Assembly: GCA_023957235.1 (NCBI GenBank)
Contig: JAMLHI010000002.1
Location: 13,836-77,835 of the forward strand
DNA from: Chitinophagales bacterium
GTDB lineage: Bacteria; Bacteroidota; Bacteroidia; Chitinophagales; JADIYW01
DNA length: 64,000 bases
Reading direction: 5' to 3'
Made by a program: the position numbers and the translations under genes
Notes under the pieces: model-generated
Database searches by the model: none
The model's input: the letters and a program-made list of their open reading frames with translations, nothing else
Told to the model about the DNA's origin: nothing
In this document: positions 8,329 through 16,931 of the stretch, piece after piece
Layout of the letters: each line of letters starts with the position of its first letter
How positions within the stretch are numbered: the stretch's first letter is position 1

Positions 8329-9186
8329 TTAATAAATTAATTTTTCAATAGGCATAATCAAAATACCTTCTGCACCAGCGGATTTTATCTGTTCAATTTT
8401 CTCCCAAAAATCTTGATCTTGAATAACAGAATGAACAGAGCTCCAACCTTCACGTGCCAAAGATTGAACTGTAGGGCTGCTCAGACCTGGAAGTAAAGAA
8501 ATAATTTCTTCAAGTTTTTCATTCGGTGCATTGAGCAAAATATATTTGTTCTTCTTTGCTTTTCGCACAGATGTCATTCTAAACATGAATTTATCCAAAA
8601 TTTCTTGTTTAGCTGCGCTCAGATTTTTATTTCTAATAAGTACTGCCTCTGATGAAAAAATCTGTTCAACTTCTTTCAGTCCATTACTCAGCAATGTACT
8701 GCCTGTGCTGACTATATCGCAAATACCTTCAGCTAGACCTATACTTGGAGCTATCTCTACCGAACCACTGATTTCATGTATTTCTGCATGAACCTGATTT
8801 TCAGTAAGATATTTTCTTAACAATCTTGGATAAGAAGTCGCAATAGCCTTACCGTTCAAGTCGGCAATACCTTGATAAGCCACACCTCTAGGAATAGCAA
8901 TAGATAGTCTGCATCTCCCAAAACCCAATTTGGTCACTAAATCAACTTCCTTAGCAGATTCTACTAATACATTTTCACCTACTATGCCTATGTCAGCTAC
9001 TCCATCTTCAACATAACCAGGGATATCATCATCCCTTAAAAATAATATTTCAATTGGGAAATCATAAGCGGCAGTCATTAAACGACCTGCACTATTGGGA
9101 AAACTGATGTCGCATTCATCTATCAACTCCAATGACTTCTCACTGAGTCTGCCTTTCTTTTGAATGGCTAATTTTATTTTTTCCAT
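8329..9186 (-). CDS. hisG: ATP phosphoribosyltransferase (long form)
   Basis: KLAIQKKGRLSE.S..L...C..........L.........IL.LRDDDIP.YV..GVADIGIVGENVL...; DIVSTG.TL..NGL; C-terminal regulatory domain present. ATG 9186 preferred over TTG 9195. Confidence 0.93.
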   Translation of the reverse strand: MEKIKLAIQKKGRLSEKSLELIDECDISFPNSAGRLMTAAYDFPIEILFLRDDDIPGYVEDGVADIGIVGENVLVESAKEVDLVTKLGFGRCRLSIAIPRGVAYQGIADLNGKAIATSYPRLLRKYLTENQVHAEIHEISGSVEIAPSIGLAEGICDIVSTGSTLLSNGLKEVEQIFSSEAVLIRNKNLSAAKQEILDKFMFRMTSVRKAKKNKYILLNAPNEKLEEIISLLPGLSSPTVQSLAREGWSSVHSVIQDQDFWEKIEQIKSAGAEGILIMPIEKLIY

Positions 9187-9474
9187 GATTTGCAAATTTA
9201 ACCAATCAAAACAGAAAATCTGTTTCTATATTGGGCTTTTACGTAAATAAATAATAAAGATTTTAATTCTACATCCACCTTGAAATATAAACAAGGAGTT
9301 TGCCTAACAATTCGGCTTATTCGGCCTACTAAATTTATTGATAACATGTACATTTCCCCCTAAGAGGAATGATAAAAAAACTGGATATGTATAAATGCAG
9401 TAAACATTTGGAATACAAAGATAAAAAATTATTCAAAAAAATATCATTTTAGATATCTTTGCGTTTTAAAATAC

Positions 9475-10098
9475 ATGATGAAATATTATTTATTCTTTAT
9501 ATCCTTCTTATTTTTCACCATTGTACCTTTGCAGGCCAAAAAAATTAAATACTGGAAATCGCCAAATCTAAGTATAGAAGAACCATATCATCAATTCTGT
9601 ATAGTAGGATTTAATCAAAGTAGTATTTCGGATTCTTTATTACAAAATTGGATAAAGGCAGAATTAAATGAAAAATTTAATTTAGTAAAAGGTGCTATTC
9701 TCGTCACATCTGACAGCAATTACAACTATGAAAGCTGGATGCAACCTATCAAGTCGCTTCCTGTAGATGCTATTATTACTTATGCAATAGTTCCATATTT
9801 GAAAGAAAAGTACACAAAAGAACCCAAACAATATTCTCCTATTTTGCAATCTCCTTCCACGAATAGCCTATGGACTTATTATGTAGCTCAATTAAAAAGA
9901 AAAACCCATCTTTCACAAGAATGTTCCACTTTTTTCATAGAAATCAATATTTATAATCAAGGCACTTATGAACTTCTTTGGTCTGCCAAATCTCCTGCTT
10001 ATTGTTCTCCTGACATCTTGAAATCAACTAAAAATTATTTAGAAAAAATAATCCAACTGGCTGTTAAAGATGAAATAATCAATCACGAAAAAGATTAA
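9475..10098 (+). CDS. hypothetical secreted protein (weakly DUF4136-like)
   Basis: N-terminal signal peptide MMKYYLFFISFLFFTIVPLQA. FFIEINIYNQGTYELLWSAKS resembles the DUF4136 C-terminal strand motif, but the family call is tentative. Confidence 0.55.
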   Translation: MMKYYLFFISFLFFTIVPLQAKKIKYWKSPNLSIEEPYHQFCIVGFNQSSISDSLLQNWIKAELNEKFNLVKGAILVTSDSNYNYESWMQPIKSLPVDAIITYAIVPYLKEKYTKEPKQYSPILQSPSTNSLWTYYVAQLKRKTHLSQECSTFFIEINIYNQGTYELLWSAKSPAYCSPDILKSTKNYLEKIIQLAVKDEIINHEKD

Positions 10099-10332
10099 TA
10101 AATTATCCTAAAAAAGCAGACAGCTGAATAGATGAATCCTACTTTAGGTTGACAGTAATATTCTAGCACTGCTGACATAGTTTTACTTTTTATTCATTTT
10201 TCACTATATGGTGTAAGCCTACTTTGAGGACAAAGCAGACAATAAAACAACATATTGAATTCTTAACAACTCAATCTTTAACAATGTCTGCATTAATTAA
10301 TAAATTTGTTATATTGACTAAATTTATTGAAT

Positions 10333-10893
10333 ATGGCTGCGACAGAAACCAATATGATACCATTAGGATTTAAAGCTCCTCTTTTTTCATTAATTGACAC
10401 AGTCAGTGGTGAAATTTTGAGTTTAGAGGATTTAAAGGGTAAAGTGGCTACTGTCATCATGTTTATTTGCAACCATTGCCCTTATGTACTTCATATTAAC
10501 CCTCAAATCAATCTTTTAGTAGATGAATTTTCTACAAAAGGAGTACAATTTATTGGAATCTCTAGTAATGATATAGAAAACTACCCTCAAGATGCTCCTG
10601 AATTAATGACTCAGCATGCCAAAGAGGTTGGATATAAATTTCCTTATTTATATGATGAATCACAAGAAATTGCCAAGGCTTATTTTGCTGAATGTACTCC
10701 AGATATCAGTGTGTTTGACAAAGATTTATTATGTGTTTACAGAGGAAGACTAGATGGCTCAACACCTAAAAACCAAGTCGAACTTACAGGAACTGACTTA
10801 CGCGAAGCACTTCATGCAATAATAGAAGGACGGACAGTCAATCCAGACCAAAAAGCAAGTATAGGGTGTAATATCAAATGGAAAAAAGTGTAA
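10333..10893 (+). CDS. thioredoxin-fold (AhpC/TSA-like) thiol-disulfide oxidoreductase
   Basis: G.KAP.F.L.D..SGE..SLEDLKGK.ATVIMFICNHCPYV... with CxxC inside a peroxiredoxin-like fold. ATG 10333 chosen over TTG 10327. Confidence 0.8.
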   Translation: MAATETNMIPLGFKAPLFSLIDTVSGEILSLEDLKGKVATVIMFICNHCPYVLHINPQINLLVDEFSTKGVQFIGISSNDIENYPQDAPELMTQHAKEVGYKFPYLYDESQEIAKAYFAECTPDISVFDKDLLCVYRGRLDGSTPKNQVELTGTDLREALHAIIEGRTVNPDQKASIGCNIKWKKV

Positions 10894-10896
10894 GAG

Positions 10897-11811
10897 ATGG
10901 AAATTTTAAAAACTTTAAAGGACAACCTGAGCCTCTCTAATATAAAAGGGCAGGTTTCTACAATAAAAAATACAGCTAAGCTGATTGAAAGCCTTCTTTC
11001 ATTGTTGCAAGACAATAAGATTTCTGCTTCTTCTCGTGAAATGCTCAATAATCTCAAGGTCGTATTAATAGATAAACCCAATATCGTATCGATTAACCAT
11101 TTTATCAACCATTTTGTACTTAAACTCAATCCTGAAAATCAGCCCATAGTACTTAAAGAAATCTTGGAAGTCTTTCATGAAAGATGGAAAAATGTAGAAA
11201 GAAAAACTGCACTAATAGCTTATAATTTATATGATTTCAAAAATAAACGAATATTGTTTTACGGAGCAAGTGATTATATGGAAGCTCTTATAGATATTTG
11301 TTTGGTCAATGAAGCCAATATCAAAGTTGTTCAAATAGTTGACAACTTTGACAATAACACCAAAGAACAAGCTAAACTTATCCAATCAAAAGGTATTGAT
11401 GTTACAGTAACTAATCTTCAAAATATTGGAAGACTTAAAGAAGAGATCCAATATATTATTGTAACATCTGATATCATCATGCAAAATAAATTTATAGTAA
11501 AATCAGGAATGAATCTTATTGCTCCTTGGGCAAAAGAAAACCAAATTCCAATATTAGTTTGTAGTGACACACGAAAAATCCTCAATACAAAAATTCTACC
11601 TCCATCTGTCTTAGGCTCATTTATCAATGAAACCTCTAAAAGTTCTTCTGAAATATGGAAGTCTTCTCCTAGTGAGATTCAAATCATCAATTATCATTTG
11701 GAAGAAATCGAAAATAAATGGGTCAACTCCTTTGTTTTTGAGCAACATGCGTACTGCCCAGAAGAGTTATCCTTAGAAGTGGATAAAATTTTAGTTTCAA
11801 AATTTATTTAG
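10897..11811 (+). CDS. hypothetical protein, possibly a divergent IF-2B (eIF-2B alpha/beta/delta / MtnA) family member
   Basis: Begins 3 nt after the preceding stop. YIIVTSDIIMQNKFIVKSGMNLIAPWAKENQIPILVCSDTRKI loosely parallels the V.VGAD.v..nG.v.NK.GT..lA..Ak....P..V.a...K block of IF-2B-family proteins. The GAD and NK.GT residues are not conserved. Confidence 0.45.
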   Translation: MEILKTLKDNLSLSNIKGQVSTIKNTAKLIESLLSLLQDNKISASSREMLNNLKVVLIDKPNIVSINHFINHFVLKLNPENQPIVLKEILEVFHERWKNVERKTALIAYNLYDFKNKRILFYGASDYMEALIDICLVNEANIKVVQIVDNFDNNTKEQAKLIQSKGIDVTVTNLQNIGRLKEEIQYIIVTSDIIMQNKFIVKSGMNLIAPWAKENQIPILVCSDTRKILNTKILPPSVLGSFINETSKSSSEIWKSSPSEIQIINYHLEEIENKWVNSFVFEQHAYCPEELSLEVDKILVSKFI

Positions 11812-11873
11812 TTTTATACTTTTGGTATAATATTTTCTAACTATAACGTTAACATACAAAACAACAAGAACTT

Positions 11874-12569
11874 ATGTTCCATACATTTTTTTTACAAGCT
11901 ACATCAGCATTAGATTCTATTCAGGCTCCTATTGCAGCACCTACAGTCAGTACAGAGTCAGCTTTTGATATTTTATTAAAAGGTGGACCAGTAATGATTC
12001 CATTAGCTTTATTATTTTTTGCTACTATTTATCTGTTTATAGAAAGATTTATAACTATCAGAAAAGCGAGTCAGATTGATCCCAATTTCATGAGAAACGT
12101 TAAAGATTATATCTTAAATGGAAATATTGAAGGGGCCAAATCACTTTGTAAAGCAACCAATAGCCCTGTTGCCAAGATTATCGAAAAAGGAATTTTGAGA
12201 ATTGGCAGACCCGTGAAAGACATAGAAAATGCTATTGAAAATGCTGGAAAAATCGAAATCAGTAATCTGGAAAAAAATGTCAATATTCTCAATACCATTG
12301 CAGGTCTAGCTCCTATGTTTGGATTCTTAGGAACCATTATCGGTGTTATCACTATTTTTCAAGAAATATCTATCAAAAACAGTATTGAAATCGGAACTAT
12401 TTCTGGTGGTCTTTATATTAAAATGGTAACAAGTGCTACTGGTTTATTTATTGGTATGGTAGCATTTGCAGCATATAGTTTCCTTGTTAACCGTATTGAT
12501 AGAGAGATGAGAAACATGGAATTAAGTGCTATTGACTTTATAGATTTATTAGAAGAGCCTGCTAAATAA
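11874..12569 (+). CDS. exbB: MotA/TolQ/ExbB proton-channel family protein
   Basis: 231 aa with three TM segments. ...L.TIAGLAPMFGFLGTIIGVI..F is the typical ExbB motif. Followed by ExbD and a TonB-C protein. Confidence 0.88.
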   Translation: MFHTFFLQATSALDSIQAPIAAPTVSTESAFDILLKGGPVMIPLALLFFATIYLFIERFITIRKASQIDPNFMRNVKDYILNGNIEGAKSLCKATNSPVAKIIEKGILRIGRPVKDIENAIENAGKIEISNLEKNVNILNTIAGLAPMFGFLGTIIGVITIFQEISIKNSIEIGTISGGLYIKMVTSATGLFIGMVAFAAYSFLVNRIDREMRNMELSAIDFIDLLEEPAK

Positions 12570-12581
12570 TATACCCAAATT

Positions 12582-12974
12582 ATGAATTTCGGTAAAAAAC
12601 ATAGAGAAAAAGGCGAAGTATTCGTAGCATCATTAAATGATATCATGTTTTTTTTGTTGCTATTTTTTCTTATTGCCTCATCATTAGTCAGCTCAAACGG
12701 TATCAATCTCAATCTACCTTCAGCCAATGCACAGGTAGTTCCTGAAAAGACTGTAGATATAAGCATCACTCAAGACTTACAATATTATGTCAATAAAACT
12801 CCTGTCAGCTTAGAACTTCTGGCTGTTTCTATAGAATCTGCCATTGGTGATAATGATGCTGCAACAGTAGTGATAAGAGCTGACAAAACTATTCCTTTGG
12901 AGCAAGTTGTCAAAGTAATGAGTATTGTAAAAGATATGAATTTAAAAATGGTTTTGGCAACAGAGCCTAATTAA
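12582..12974 (+). CDS. exbD: biopolymer transporter ExbD
   Basis: 130 aa. N-terminal SLNDIMFFLLLFFLI TM helix, then a periplasmic domain (...VVIRADK..P...VVKVM...). Confidence 0.88.
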   Translation: MNFGKKHREKGEVFVASLNDIMFFLLLFFLIASSLVSSNGINLNLPSANAQVVPEKTVDISITQDLQYYVNKTPVSLELLAVSIESAIGDNDAATVVIRADKTIPLEQVVKVMSIVKDMNLKMVLATEPN

Positions 12975-12980
12975 GGAGTT

Positions 12981-13976
12981 ATGGCACTAGTATCTTTCTC
13001 TAAAAACTCCGGAAACGAAAAGAAGGCGTTTCTTTATGCTACAATCATCTTTATTGCATTTTTGCTATTATTATTTCTTTGGAATATCAAATATGAGAAT
13101 AATGTAGAACCAGGAGGAGGAGGTATAGAACTAGACTTTGGCAACTCTGACTATGGGCTTGGAGAGGACAATACTTCATTAGGCACACCATCTGCAGCAA
13201 ATCCTATAGAAACACCCCTACCAGAAGTCAGTCCTACCCCACAAAATGTAACCACTCCAGAAGTAAAAGCTACAACATCTCATCCGCCGAAAGTTAACAC
13301 TCCCCCAAACAATACTATGACCTCTACAAATGCAGATGCCATAGCAATAGAAAAGCAAAAGAAAGAGGCAGAAAAAGCAGCTAAAGCTGAACAAGACAGA
13401 ATACAAAAAGAAGCAAAAATCAAAGCTGAACAAGAAGCAAAAATCAAGGCTGAACAAGACAGAATCCGTAAAGAGCAAGAAGAATTTGCTCAAAAAATGA
13501 AAGGAGGAATGAGTGGCATCAATAATGGAAATGGCACAGGAGGTTCAGGTTCAGGGCAAGGTCAAGGAAATTCTAAACCAGGGGGTAATCAAGGTAGCCC
13601 TGATGGCAGTATGAACGGAGGCAATGGTACTGGTGGTTCCGGAGGAGGCACTGGAGGAGGACATGGCACTGGAGACGGTTTAGGAAGTGGCTCAGGTAAA
13701 GGAAGTTCTGTTTCTCACAATTTGACAGGACGAAATATCCTATCAAAGCCTGAAGTAGTTAACAATAGAAATGCATTGGGAAAAGTTGTTATCACAGTAA
13801 AAGTAAATAAAAATGGCATTGTAACTGATGCAACATATTCCTCACAAGGCTCATCAACCAATGACGCTTATCTAATTGATTTATCTATAAAATCTGCTAG
13901 GAAAATTAAATTTTCAGCCACTAGCTCGGGTGCAGATGAACAATTTGGTAGGATTACATTCAATTATACCAATTAA
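12981..13976 (+). CDS. TonB-C-domain energy transducer-like protein with repetitive linker
   Basis: N-terminal TM (AFLYATIIFIAFLLLLFLW), Pro/Thr-rich then KAEQ-repeat and Gly-rich linkers. C-terminal ...GKVVITVKVNKNGIVTDATY....S.......SIKSARKIKFS resembles a TonB C-terminal domain. Sits in the exbB-exbD-tonB position. Confidence 0.75.
   Translation: MALVSFSKNSGNEKKAFLYATIIFIAFLLLLFLWNIKYENNVEPGGGGIELDFGNSDYGLGEDNTSLGTPSAANPIETPLPEVSPTPQNVTTPEVKATTSHPPKVNTPPNNTMTSTNADAIAIEKQKKEAEKAAKAEQDRIQKEAKIKAEQEAKIKAEQDRIRKEQEEFAQKMKGGMSGINNGNGTGGSGSGQGQGNSKPGGNQGSPDGSMNGGNGTGGSGGGTGGGHGTGDGLGSGSGKGSSVSHNLTGRNILSKPEVVNNRNALGKVVITVKVNKNGIVTDATYSSQGSSTNDAYLIDLSIKSARKIKFSATSSGADEQFGRITFNYTN
13413..13459 (+). 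repeat. intragenic 24-nt tandem repeat (2 copies) inside the TonB-like linker
   Basis: gcaaaaatcaaagctgaacaaga (13413-13435) and gcaaaaatcaaggctgaacaaga (13437-13459) encode AKIKAEQE/AKIKAEQD. gctgaacaagacagaat also recurs at 13386 and 13449. Confidence 0.85.
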
Positions 13977-13982
13977 TCTTTT

Positions 13983-15254
13983 ATGAACTACCAAGAGGTC
14001 ATCGAAGAGATGTTTGCGAGGCTTCCTATGTTTAGCAATATCGGTGGGGCAGCATATAAAGCAAATTTATCTAACACCCTGAGTTTATGCAAATCCATCA
14101 ATAATCCTCAACAAAATCTTAGATGTGTACATATCGCCGGGACCAATGGCAAAGGCTCTGTATCTAATATGCTGGCTTCAATATTCCAAGAAGCAGGATA
14201 TAAAACCGGACTTTACACTTCCCCTCATCTCAAAGATTTTAGAGAAAGAATAAGAATCAACGGTCAAATGATATCTGAAAAAGATGTCTTGAAATATTAT
14301 GCTTTACTCAGTAGCAAAGCAGATGAAATCCAATCTTCATTTTTTGAACTCACGGTAGTAATGTCATTTGCATACTTTATTGATAATAAGACTGATATAG
14401 CTATTATTGAAACTGGGCTTGGAGGTAGATTAGACTCCACTAATGTCATTCAGCCAGACATCAGCATCATTACCAATATTGGATATGACCATCAGCAATT
14501 TTTAGGAAAAACACTAGATAAAATTGCGTTTGAAAAAGCTGGAATTATAAAAAAGGATAAACCAGTAGTCATTGGACTATATCAAAATGAAACAGCTCAT
14601 GTATTCCTTGAAAAATCTTTAAAAGAAAAGGCTCCTTTGTATTATAGTAAAGATTTCAATAAAAATGTTCAATTAATTGATAACGATGAATATATAAGCA
14701 ATAATAAAAAGTTTAAGTGTCCTTTAACCGCCAACTATCAAACAGAAAATATCACCACTGTATTAAGTGCAATTGATGTATATAATGCCTATTATTCAGA
14801 TATGCCGATTTCAGAAAAAGCCACATTTCTTGGACTGAAAAATATTCTTCAAAATACTGGATTTCAAGGCAGGTGGCAGACTATTCGAAATAATCCAAAA
14901 GTGATAGTCGATGTAGGCCATAATATTGATGGAATAAGAGAAATCACAAAGCAATTATTAAAAGAAAAATTCAATCATTTGAAAATTGTTTATGGTGCAG
15001 TAAAAGATAAAGATGTTGACAGTATTATAAATTTATTACCAAAAGAAAATACTTCATATTATTTATGCGAACCTCCACTCCCACGCAAACTGCCACTTTC
15101 AGAACTATTAACCATTGCTGAAAACCATGACATAACAGTCTCTTTTTCCCATGAAGACCCCAAAACAGCCTATAATAAAGCTTTAAAAGATGCAGACAAG
15201 AATGATTTAATTTTAGTTCTTGGTAGTTTTTTTATTGTCAGTGAAATCTTATAA
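13983..15254 (+). CDS. folC: bifunctional folylpolyglutamate synthase / dihydrofolate synthase
   Basis: HIAGTNGKGSV P-loop, GLYTSPHL, ETGLGGRLDSTNV, Mur-ligase architecture. Confidence 0.92.
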   Translation: MNYQEVIEEMFARLPMFSNIGGAAYKANLSNTLSLCKSINNPQQNLRCVHIAGTNGKGSVSNMLASIFQEAGYKTGLYTSPHLKDFRERIRINGQMISEKDVLKYYALLSSKADEIQSSFFELTVVMSFAYFIDNKTDIAIIETGLGGRLDSTNVIQPDISIITNIGYDHQQFLGKTLDKIAFEKAGIIKKDKPVVIGLYQNETAHVFLEKSLKEKAPLYYSKDFNKNVQLIDNDEYISNNKKFKCPLTANYQTENITTVLSAIDVYNAYYSDMPISEKATFLGLKNILQNTGFQGRWQTIRNNPKVIVDVGHNIDGIREITKQLLKEKFNHLKIVYGAVKDKDVDSIINLLPKENTSYYLCEPPLPRKLPLSELLTIAENHDITVSFSHEDPKTAYNKALKDADKNDLILVLGSFFIVSEIL

Positions 15255-15274
15255 TTGATTACTTTTGACCAAAT

Positions 15275-15793
15275 ATGGAAGTAGATTTTATTGAAAGACT
15301 TAGCCTTATTCAACTGATTGTTCTTGACGTAGATGGAGTATTAACAAATAATGATATCCTTTGTACTGAGGAAGGGCAATTTCTTCGCACTATGAACATA
15401 AGGGATGGTTATGCTCTCAGAAGAGCATTAGAAGAACAATTACAAATAATAATTATCACTGGAGGCAACTCCTTAGGCGTTACAAAAAGACTACAAGTAC
15501 TTGGTAATATCCCTGTTTTTTCAGAAATCAGAGATAAACTACCTGTATTGAAAAACTTTTGTAAAACTCACAATATTCTTGCAGAAAATGTATTGTATAT
15601 GGGTGATGACATTCTAGACATGGCTCCTATGGCATGGTCAGGAGTTGCTGTATGTCCTAAAGATGCAGTATCCGAAGTGATAGCTATATCTCAATATGTC
15701 TCTGAATTTGAGGGTGGCAAAGGTTGCGTGAGAGAAATCGTCGAACTGATTTTAAAAAACAGAAATAAATGGCTGAATAATAAGACTATATGA
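15275..15793 (+). CDS. kdsC: HAD-IIIA phosphatase, KdsC-like (KDO 8-phosphate phosphatase family)
   Basis: LIVLDVDGVLTNN..........F....RDG.......... and GDD..D......G..V.P.DA in a ~170-aa protein. Confidence 0.7.
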   Translation: MEVDFIERLSLIQLIVLDVDGVLTNNDILCTEEGQFLRTMNIRDGYALRRALEEQLQIIIITGGNSLGVTKRLQVLGNIPVFSEIRDKLPVLKNFCKTHNILAENVLYMGDDILDMAPMAWSGVAVCPKDAVSEVIAISQYVSEFEGGKGCVREIVELILKNRNKWLNNKTI

Positions 15794-16782
15794 TAAAATA
15801 TATCCAACTCATCCGACCTATTAATATATCAATTGTAGCGATGACTTTGCTATTCTTCAGATATTTTATCATTGATGTAAATGTTTACCAATTATATGAT
15901 TTTAAACCCTATTTAGACACATTTTCATTCTATATTTTATTGATAACAACTTTGTCTATCACCGCTAGTGGATATATTATCAATGATATTTTTGATGTAG
16001 AAACTGACCAAATCAACAAGCCTCAATCACTTATAATTGGTCAATCAATCAGCGAAAAAGCTGCAATGAATTTCTATTTTATCCTTACATCAATAGGGAT
16101 TATAGGGAGCATTGTCCTAATGATTACTACAGGACAAATCAAATTATCCATGATACCCATGATTGTATCTGTATTACTATATCTATATTCTACAACTTTT
16201 AAAAAGATGCTCTTACTTGGAAATGTTGTCATTGCTATATGTGTCGCACTACCTATCATCTTTCTATCCATGTACGAATTGAGAATCAATGAATTTGACC
16301 CAGCAGTTGTCATCTTATTTACTCAAGGAATAGGACTTGCTTCTTTATCCTATGGAATATTTGCCTTCATGACGACCCTTATTAGAGAGATTATAAAAGA
16401 TGTACAAGACATGGAGGGAGATGATGTGATAGGAGCAAAAACATTTCCTATACTTTTGGGTATCAAAGCAAGTAAAACATTAATTATCTTACTTCAACTT
16501 CTCACATTGAGCATTTTATTGCTAGTAGATTACTATTTTCTAACAGCTTCAGTTTCAATTGCATTTTATGGAACAAGCATCTTATTGGTATTACCTTTGC
16601 TCATTCAAATCATTTTAGTCATTTGGGCAAAAGTTCCTTCTCAATTCAAATGGGCAAGCCTTGCAGGAAAAATACATGTTTTATTGGGTGTCTGTACAAT
16701 GATATATTTTGGAAATGGAACCGCCCCTCATATTTTCAATCAGATGTTTAATTTTCTCTCTCAACTGACTGGAATGAGGTAA
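15790..16782 (+). CDS. UbiA-family polyprenyltransferase (DGGGPS-like subgroup)
   Basis: YIINDIFDVETDQINKPQ (NDxxDxxxD) first Asp-rich motif and REIIKDVQDMEGD second motif. About 8-9 TM helices. ATGA overlap with the kdsC-like stop. Confidence 0.85.
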   Translation: MIKYIQLIRPINISIVAMTLLFFRYFIIDVNVYQLYDFKPYLDTFSFYILLITTLSITASGYIINDIFDVETDQINKPQSLIIGQSISEKAAMNFYFILTSIGIIGSIVLMITTGQIKLSMIPMIVSVLLYLYSTTFKKMLLLGNVVIAICVALPIIFLSMYELRINEFDPAVVILFTQGIGLASLSYGIFAFMTTLIREIIKDVQDMEGDDVIGAKTFPILLGIKASKTLIILLQLLTLSILLLVDYYFLTASVSIAFYGTSILLVLPLLIQIILVIWAKVPSQFKWASLAGKIHVLLGVCTMIYFGNGTAPHIFNQMFNFLSQLTGMR

Positions 16783-16802
16783 TTGAAATATGAATTAAAC
16801 TG

Positions 16803-16826
16803 AAAACATTCGGACTGTTTTTTTTT
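16803..16826 (+). terminator. weak intrinsic terminator after the UbiA gene
   Basis: AAAACA-ttcggac-TGTTTT short stem followed by a 9-T run. The stem is weak and the T-tract is the main evidence. Confidence 0.35.
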
Positions 16827-16931
16827 GAAACAAGCATCATTAAAAATATTGAATAGCAATTAGTAAGGCTATAAATATTAAAGTGATACTTTTCTCCATC
16901 ATATTAAGATTATAATTCAATAAATTATTTT

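Noticed and set aside
9187-9474. Classical histidine attenuator (His-rich leader peptide plus terminator/antiterminator) upstream of hisG
   Set aside because: No run of His codons occurs in any small ORF on the correct strand. The only hairpin near hisG (9209-9225) is a 7-bp all-A/T-plus-one-GC stem, too weak to call.
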